IMG/VR virus record: IMGVR_UViG_3300032294_002400
Length of the DNA stretch: 20,000 nt
Source: an uncultured virus (IMG/VR IMGVR_UViG_3300032294_002400)
Taxonomy: Duplodnaviria; Heunggongvirae; Uroviricota; Caudoviricetes
Reading direction: 5' to 3' (one strand)
Below, in pieces: positions 15,401-20,000 of this stretch (position 1 is its first letter; every line of letters starts with the position of its first letter). The position numbers and the translations under genes are program-made. The notes under the pieces are model-generated. The model saw only the letters and a program-made list of their open reading frames with translations. It was not told the DNA's origin and ran no database searches.

Positions 15401-17658
15401 GAACTCCTGTTATCGCAGGTGACGGAAGTATTCCTGGAGTTAAGTTAGTAGATACTCCTGACGATATTGCAGAGCTTGCTAACCCCGACGCTAAGCAATC
15501 AGACTTCGTTGCATGGGGGCTTCGCGCTCCTGAAATCGCACGAGCTGGACGTGACAGAGCTGCTATCGAGAACATCGTAGACCTTGTAGACAAGGAAAAA
15601 GAAGCTAAAATCTTAGCAAATGACACCTCTGCCTCTCCTGAAGAACGAGATAAGGCTAGAAATGATCAAGCAGCATTAGATGCTCAGATTCAAAGGCTTA
15701 TTAGAGACGCTTTTGGAATTCGTCCAGGTGTGCAATTTGGAAAAAATAACTACACCATTGGACAATTCGCTAGAGTTAGCTATGATAAATATGCATCTGG
15801 TGACATAGAACTTTCTATAGGTTTTAGAATCCTAAATGAAAACGGCGACGACGTTGGAGAAGGTAGTCGCACTCTTAACGGCAGCGTTGTTCGAAATGCT
15901 GATGGCACTTCTACTATTAAGTGGACTGCAGTAAACAACCTTCTTAAAATTCCAAACGCAAGAGATAAGAAATCTGGGTTTGTTAATGCCTACAACAGAT
16001 ACATGGAAGACTGGTATATCGCAAACGGCTTTGAGAAAGTAAAGGTATACGCCGCAGGTAATGGGCGTGAATGGCAAGGCGGACTTGTCTGGGCTCTTAA
16101 CGGATTTAACTGGCAAGACAATCAGGCAAGTGAAGTTCCTACTATTCTTCGCCGTATGGCAAACAAGCCAGGTATTACAGATGAAGAAAAGCAGATTATT
16201 AAAAGAATGCAAGATCGCGTTGCAAAAGATAATCCAACTGGAAACTACACAGCAGACACCGTGCCTACTCCATTAGAAATTGCTCTTATCGGATGGTACC
16301 CTGGTGCAACAAGCTGGGCAGGTGCTAAGTATATGATTGGCACAAGTTGGTATGGACAAAAACGTCTTGACCCACAAGCTATTGAACAGCGTCAAGCTAT
16401 TAACTACAACCAGTCACGAGAAGCTCGTAAGCGTATCGATGGTAAGTTAAATCAAGCAGGGATTAGCCGCGAGTTAGTTCTAAAGATGAACAGTAACGAG
16501 TTTGCAGATGCTAACCCGGAGCTTGTTCCGTATCTCGATCAAATTAGAGATGTATTGAGAAATAATCGCTCGCTAGCAGTTCTTTCTCCAGCGGCTAAGA
16601 CAGCTCTTAACCGATACACTGCAGGCCAGCTTCTTAAGGGCGAAGGTCGTGAAGCGTCGTTGCAGGATATCTTCAAGCTGCGCACAGCGCTTGACGCAGA
16701 GTTTAAAGCTGACAACCCATTGGCAATCTCAAAGGAATTTGGAGTTGGAAATCAGCTTCTTGACGCGTCTTATGACGACATTGGAAGAAACAACGTTCCG
16801 GGCTTTACAATCAAAAGACTCGGAATGTATGAGTCAGGCATCAATGACACGTACATGGTGACACATAATGATTCAGGCCAGGTGTTCTTTGTAAAGAAGG
16901 ATTCATACGCTGCGCAGTATCAAATCGACGGAGCTGGTGCTGAAGTTCAAGCAGATGCTATGCTGCGTGCCTCAGGAGTTGCAGCAGGGTATGAGGCGCG
17001 TGTTAGCAACGTTGACCCAGAAATTATCGTAATGCAACGTGCAGGAGCTGGAATCCCGCTTCTTGGTGAGCCTATGACTGCCACTAACGCTATAGGAAAC
17101 AAGCTATCAATCAATCTACCGGACGGCACGACTGTTAAGGTAGATGCTAAGAACTTTATGGATCTTCTCCATACACCTGAAGATGCAGTTCGTGTGATAC
17201 TTGTAGACCTTATCATCAGCAATATGGATCGCCATAACGGAAACCTATTGCTCGCGGTTGACGGTACGGATACAGGCAAGATTCGTATCCTGCCTATCGA
17301 TCATGCCCTATCATCTTTTAGCCCTGACACTGAAGGAATGCAGTTTACAGTAGAAGAGTTATTTGATAACCGTGGCGACAATTTATACGGAATGGCTATG
17401 CCTGTTCTAACTGAACGTCTAAAGCAAGAAGAAATTCTTGATCTGTTCAGAAATGAAGCTCGTAAGATGATGATGCAGCTAGACGATCCTGCAAATCTTC
17501 CTACAGGAAAAGAACTTGACCTTATCGTTAAGAACTTTGGAAGCCTTAACGCGTATCGCGCAAAAATTCAAGAACGCATTGACTCTCTTCTTTCCCCTGG
17601 AACTGAAGGACACCAAGCGTTCTTAAGTGCACTCGATCCTAACTACTGGTCAAGATAA
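9490..17658 (+). CDS. Giant polyvalent-type protein, 2722 aa, with HTH, SH3-like, GNAT-like and C-terminal HipA/PI3-4-kinase-like domains
   Basis: Uninterrupted ORF, TAATG-coupled to the upstream gene. Kinase motifs SGINDTY, FFVKK, DLIISNMDRHNGN and ILPIDH. GNAT-like KSGFVNAY…NGFEKVKVYA…GGLVWALNGFNW. Confidence 0.85.
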   Translation: MESPLNKKIQRSLERVAAKKKKDSNYIPVLTLRERVLSLVTEANANALQERHITPRSALTVMDRSIERLSALKGDAKDFAVLREVASYISTAQKTFVASASTHTDLLPQGHPLSSLNASLTPEEYRFKYAQWLAADPDVSHNARPLVAAAFSAQPGSLEREHAFMRLSVTSEKVPGYFKLDPAPIVAAFSSGNSSAARRARVALQWRDKKGRWVEMGRGANFRYRTSSGSVAAASGVYVGVSSPKPGAANQSSAGLIQVTGDKNLPDGIYAVQPNNAETYSARIPAEALKKAGVTPGLRPDQSALGIPTQEEIMASRQDAPTGWTKKDDNTFTSDDNYTVKVTDGEYTLFRQNADGSLGDKVGEGANWADVNDLANNDEEAYDAVKGQDNSAGREEVKARIQGRTKYNEEFDRLEELVKSGVDQNGNTVPAGWEADIKRGAMPEVERRAIGRDRVFGEEGLPYLEYSKTYADDNGNPVTAKAMFMRDGKFYANDKEYDSWDAAEADIPNWIKAEEDKRDRKLTPVKPEEIKLPAFEDGPSDIVNPFEPEPARDDRAGFFDKDGNRLAGPPSGDSEDRPLTPEQLKRISDDIQIPALDRLDKSANPFAPSEIPDYRAGYFDKDGNRLIAPDNVIKPPQDLKVGDEVYIPNVGWRKVKNVSKDERRAEGRRKPVSLYKVEYEDEEGKTGTWKWTPFSEDDQGNKIKGLETRTPIEERLSSLTEEQNKKIDAEIRDLIKNPPAPTEMDKRVEKLLQEQRAEWDKANEENYARVFDGRIGGEYDFLGPEKTRKAKEEFRKNLEKNKKPDGSTPTGSISQQILALRESDSDAKIEGTLDNGVKYTIYKKNVQATWRGETTTVPDVITVDLSGRTFDARQAIKQEMFRWNATDKVWRRTHLGIGPYQYSDPMAIQATLEKLNGGNKLAGKEAILPSAAEMRQQMERNSWTPEILARRNGVSVEEINAILDGDATGKPSGATGKEIYERRIATGDSLDKVAKDLGIPREEVRRLEAEYGRTLDGGTPGEPTTPPTGEGDSRKSYTVDFALDSDSYDEIGLDPEKDYTDEEVANAWIKSKGLDGKVEFVKADNPSGQWPEFTFKIDENSKDAFAEAYGYDSWSDLNEDQQFDEGDGDGPNEPTTPPTGGGEGDNTPGAGFVDYVIDLAEDNRDLGKDLEEKLDDDAEEAGIDLMDQIYEDASDRFDLSQDIADNKPDDMSDDEFVEDAVAKMREQLSDIVDAAIEERRSLEDDEELEVDFDRDAFIDAAANRFEELLRNELDGMGDEDGEGPGEPPAPPSGGTPPKTPSPSTPSAPGLFSEFEAPDGAFKLRTADYDPEGRVDERSTDFTDDPERLATKFTVQDLIAAFSEAIIGNSSDAAVAEILNVNVDDDNELDAPSEVDLDADIPQVSLGTPSGAGRLEFNAGEEFVPAEALFNALWHAGVDPNRVLANVYDSVTGDNKNLAKLIDAQGGTPSAEEAQLVDDITAEIRQIKDATPDDEPSIANQKDEPSEELTGSLLENLPIDFENPDYYIPDSSSYVPSQEEPDENGYTDNPEILATDYEEADLIMQMLEGITDGSGAALLNFGDITTEVPVEAIRDALQLQGINTNDILVDLKRESNDMSEPESDAPTLQLHSRIIKDLVEQTGNTLDDDTADNIRDAINEQGLIDWSEADEAEIIEAIIDVAGPGIFTREDRNPRRFGPTAGEQASFSPFADALEGEEDSISPEQAEQLDSSAEALVNFFTGGLNGARVIAYNPQAGLIAASTKETDLEGSQIILATAEGNVQTSAIVDEEWFAQDGARLGWEPVSQEVVNAIYKENGRLFPDTAMSAPIVPDVVETEPQSNEVEIDSPENVTPQFNYPGPREAGYTPNNVVRDSNGVAVGAGARVKALGDGRTGTILAVQNIDTRTGRDADYVRVRFDDGKVAVRSARQIFGIEGGSPVAEGEGPGQLPPARRNPIVQDPVQRFNEPPAAGTPVIAGDGSIPGVKLVDTPDDIAELANPDAKQSDFVAWGLRAPEIARAGRDRAAIENIVDLVDKEKEAKILANDTSASPEERDKARNDQAALDAQIQRLIRDAFGIRPGVQFGKNNYTIGQFARVSYDKYASGDIELSIGFRILNENGDDVGEGSRTLNGSVVRNADGTSTIKWTAVNNLLKIPNARDKKSGFVNAYNRYMEDWYIANGFEKVKVYAAGNGREWQGGLVWALNGFNWQDNQASEVPTILRRMANKPGITDEEKQIIKRMQDRVAKDNPTGNYTADTVPTPLEIALIGWYPGATSWAGAKYMIGTSWYGQKRLDPQAIEQRQAINYNQSREARKRIDGKLNQAGISRELVLKMNSNEFADANPELVPYLDQIRDVLRNNRSLAVLSPAAKTALNRYTAGQLLKGEGREASLQDIFKLRTALDAEFKADNPLAISKEFGVGNQLLDASYDDIGRNNVPGFTIKRLGMYESGINDTYMVTHNDSGQVFFVKKDSYAAQYQIDGAGAEVQADAMLRASGVAAGYEARVSNVDPEIIVMQRAGAGIPLLGEPMTATNAIGNKLSINLPDGTTVKVDAKNFMDLLHTPEDAVRVILVDLIISNMDRHNGNLLLAVDGTDTGKIRILPIDHALSSFSPDTEGMQFTVEELFDNRGDNLYGMAMPVLTERLKQEEILDLFRNEARKMMMQLDDPANLPTGKELDLIVKNFGSLNAYRAKIQERIDSLLSPGTEGHQAFLSALDPNYWSR
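11119..11367 (+). repeat. Intragenic duplicated peptide NPF…RAG(F/Y)FDKDGNRL, 180 bp apart
   Basis: Copies at 11119-11187 and 11299-11367. TTTGATAAGGACGG is shared at the nucleotide level. Confidence 0.85.
12553..12910 (+). repeat. Perfect 25-bp direct repeat GAGCCTACAACTCCTCCAACTGGCG (EPTTPPTG)
   Basis: Copies at 12553-12577 and 12886-12910, 333 bp apart and in frame. Confidence 0.9.
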
Positions 17659-17673
17659 TAGGAGAAATACGAA

Positions 17674-18273
17674 ATGATAAAAGTAATCCGCGCATTTGAC
17701 ATGACTGACAACGCTCATGCGTTTTCAATCGTGGCAACTGATAAAGGCTTTAAGTATATTTTCCCGAATACTGAAGGTGAGATCTTTGACCCAGGTAAGA
17801 GAGTTCAGCTTCTGTTAGACACTGTTAAACAGGATCGTAAGTCGTACACGGTTGACGACTACCTTGGTCTTGCTCAGTTTAATCTTAGCAACTACTACTT
17901 CTCTGAACCATTTGAGGAGCCTAGCGAGAAGATAGCCATGAAGAGCGAAAAGCTTAAAATGGAAAAAGACAAGGAAATAAGCAAAGCAGAAGAAGAGTCA
18001 AAGAAGTCAGTTGGTGTAGCTCTTAGATCTGTTGACATTGAGCAGGTTCTTTTAGATTTCCCAGAGCTTCTCGAGCAACTTAGCTCAGAAGATCCTGATG
18101 TAGAGATCACTGCGTCTGGCATGACAGAGCTAGTATTTGCGGCTCTAGGCTCCGTTGATCCTAATGGACCTAATGCATGGCTGTTAGATTATATGGATGG
18201 CCAGACTGCTGAAGGTGTAGTCGGCGATTTAGTGTTTGACCCTCAGCCAACCGATGAGACAGGGAAGAAGTAA
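17674..18273 (+). CDS. Hypothetical acidic protein, 199 aa
   Basis: SD AGGAG at 17660-17664. Sits between two head-associated genes. Confidence 0.85.
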   Translation: MIKVIRAFDMTDNAHAFSIVATDKGFKYIFPNTEGEIFDPGKRVQLLLDTVKQDRKSYTVDDYLGLAQFNLSNYYFSEPFEEPSEKIAMKSEKLKMEKDKEISKAEEESKKSVGVALRSVDIEQVLLDFPELLEQLSSEDPDVEITASGMTELVFAALGSVDPNGPNAWLLDYMDGQTAEGVVGDLVFDPQPTDETGKK

Positions 18274-18274
18274 T

Positions 18275-20000
18275 ATGGATATCGTAGGAAAGAATGGATC
18301 ACAGGTTCTTTTCTCTAACGAGAGCTCTGGCGTAATCATTGATGTCAATGAAAACACGGTAGTCGACTCTGGCCCTCTCTCAACTCTACTAGCCTCAGCC
18401 AAGTGGAGTGATAAAGACGTAGAAATCACCGAGACTATCGCAGACCTGGCGCAGGCAGCATTGACGACCTTAGACGTAGCGGTTATTGCCGCAGGCAGTC
18501 GCATGTATACCATTCCAAAAGGTGCTCAAGAGGAAGCTAAGCGCGGTCTAGAGTGGCGTAAGGAATATAACCGTGGTGGAACATCGGTAGGCGTCAACTC
18601 TGCGCGTACACTTGCTAAGGGCGGACAAATTGGAATTGAAAAGGTTCGCCACATCGCTAAGTACTTCCCTCGTCACGAAATTGACAAGAAGGCGCAAGGA
18701 TACGAGCCTGGAGAAAAAGGCTTTCCTTCACGTGGACGTATTGCTTGGGCTCTATGGGGTGGAGACGCTGCATGGCGTTGGGCAAGAGCTATCGTCGAGC
18801 GCGAGAACAAGAAGGCTCTACGCGCTGACGGGTATACAGACCAAGGCTACGAAGACGACCTCTATGACTACGCAACTGATACTACCTACAGTGCGGAAGT
18901 TGATGCGTTTAAGGACGCTTCTGCGACCGAAATCGGAGCAGTTGAGTTTATTGCCCGTATGCGAATGGACGGCTCAGGGATCGACCGCCTATACAAAATT
19001 GACGAGGCTTACAACGTTGCAGTATGGGACGCAGGCTTCTGGCACGTGCTTCCAGGTGTCGACGCGGACCTTGCAAGTTACGACCTAGCACTTGACGGAG
19101 AGTCATACGGAGTTGAAGCAACTCACGTAGAAATTGATGCTGAAACTGCCATGTTCCTTAGCGCTTGCTTCCAGGAAAACCCTGACCACTATGTTTCATT
19201 GTTCGACATCAACTACGACGAGGCAGAGATGATTCTTGCTGCCGCGTCTGAGCTTGATTACGAGATGATTGACAGAGTAATGGTTGCGGCTGTAAATCCA
19301 GAGGACGGAGTGTACACTCCTGAAGAGCGTGCTAAGAACGTTCAAAGACAAGTCCGTGATAAGACAGGTAAGTTCGCGAAGATGGGTTCACGCGTAGTTA
19401 TCGGCGGAGACACTCAAAAGGGGGCAGGAAACATTATTGCACTTGACCCTGCAAAACAAAGCGTCCGCGTGCAGCTAGACTCTGGTAGCATCGTTGATGT
19501 TCCAGCTAAGTCTACAGAGCCAGAGGCAACCGTTGCTCCTACATCTTCAACACAAGCACCAATCGAGTTTGAAGGACTAGATACATCAGGAATTCTTGGT
19601 GAGCCACGTGTTCCAATTGATCGTCCTAACGCAAAGATCCCTGGAACTCTTCCAGCACTTACACCTGAAGACCTTGGAAAAGTTATGGGCGACTGGCCTG
19701 CTTGGGTTAAGGCGCAACGCGACGCGTTTAATGCTTCAAAGAACGCAACACCAGACGCACCTAAGCCTATTAAGACAATTACAGGAAAAGATCAAATTCC
19801 TAATATTGAAAAGCCAGCATACTTAACTGAGCTTGAAAAGCTAACAGGCGCTACACTAGAGTTTGATCCATATAAGCACCCGTTGCTAGAACCTTTCCTA
19901 AACAAGAAGGTTCAAGGATCTGACGGTAAGTATTACTACCCAAACAAGTCGTACTACCAACCAATTATTCGTGGAAGTGCTGAAAAGGCTGGTAAGTCTA
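18275..20000 (+). CDS. Large head-associated multidomain protein (N-terminal part, truncated by the window end)
   Basis: Manual translation from ATG18275 shows no stop before 20000 (it is absent from the ORF track because it is unterminated). It contains EEAKRGLEWRKE…RGGTSVG…YFPRHE…PSRGRIAWALWGGD, a domain often fused to phage portal, MuF or prohead-protease proteins. It also contains RDKTGKFAKMG and an SH3-like segment. Confidence 0.85.
   Translation, partial: MDIVGKNGSQVLFSNESSGVIIDVNENTVVDSGPLSTLLASAKWSDKDVEITETIADLAQAALTTLDVAVIAAGSRMYTIPKGAQEEAKRGLEWRKEYNRGGTSVGVNSARTLAKGGQIGIEKVRHIAKYFPRHEIDKKAQGYEPGEKGFPSRGRIAWALWGGDAAWRWARAIVERENKKALRADGYTDQGYEDDLYDYATDTTYSAEVDAFKDASATEIGAVEFIARMRMDGSGIDRLYKIDEAYNVAVWDAGFWHVLPGVDADLASYDLALDGESYGVEATHVEIDAETAMFLSACFQENPDHYVSLFDINYDEAEMILAAASELDYEMIDRVMVAAVNPEDGVYTPEERAKNVQRQVRDKTGKFAKMGSRVVIGGDTQKGAGNIIALDPAKQSVRVQLDSGSIVDVPAKSTEPEATVAPTSSTQAPIEFEGLDTSGILGEPRVPIDRPNAKIPGTLPALTPEDLGKVMGDWPAWVKAQRDAFNASKNATPDAPKPIKTITGKDQIPNIEKPAYLTELEKLTGATLEFDPYKHPLLEPFLNKKVQGSDGKYYYPNKSYYQPIIRGSAEKAGKS

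Noticed and set aside
9490..17658. Tape-measure, tail-fibre, intein or RNA polymerase interpretation of the giant ORF
   Set aside because: I saw no TMP-like helical repeats, collagen or beta-helix repeats, intein ends (C…HN) or LAGLIDADG motifs, and no DFDGD motif.
152..18513. Numerous minus-strand ORFs of 60-178 aa
   Set aside because: Nearly all are antisense shadows of strong + strand genes. Many are Ser/Leu-rich, and none has a recognisable domain.
920..19826. Alternative-frame + strand ORFs (920, 6867, 8082, 9225, 13919, 18612, 19596 and others)
   Set aside because: They are nested in or overlap well-supported genes, and I saw no domain evidence for them.
1..20000. CRISPR arrays, tRNA/rRNA genes, integrase or transposase
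   Set aside because: I saw no regularly spaced repeat-spacer units, cloverleaf signatures or recombinase motifs.

Overview
All credible genes in this window are on the + strand, and it reads as part of a large tailed phage, most likely infecting Actinobacteria. That host call is an inference from the DUF1360 gene next to a cluster-B-mycobacteriophage-like portal, an HTH_58-like protein and apparently leaderless promoters. Positions 1-3014 hold small accessory genes: membrane proteins, a zinc-finger protein, an HTH protein, a secreted lysozyme-like transglycosylase behind a structured leader, and a stand-alone peptidoglycan-binding protein. These genes have their own sigma70-like promoters and terminators. 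An AT-rich spacer (about 3015-3339) precedes a tightly coupled head-morphogenesis operon. It encodes a double-HTH protein, a FkbM methyltransferase, a hypothetical protein, DUF1360, the portal, a 733-aa multidomain protein and a 2722-aa polyvalent-type protein. The 733-aa protein carries Dps/ferritin, a metallothionein-like 10-Cys segment, two HiPIP-like Cys domains and DUF5824-like domains. The 2722-aa protein carries HTHs, SH3-like domains, a GNAT-like domain and a C-terminal HipA/PI3-4-kinase-like domain. A 199-aa acidic protein and a long head-associated protein that runs off the window end follow. The most striking pattern is a recurrent [I/M/V]-[T/V/I]-A-[A/S] motif at domain boundaries across five consecutive head-operon proteins. 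This suggests protease-processed, capsid-packaged cargo polyproteins, including an iron/metal-handling module and a kinase/acetyltransferase effector. All family names come from recognising motifs by eye, not from database searches.
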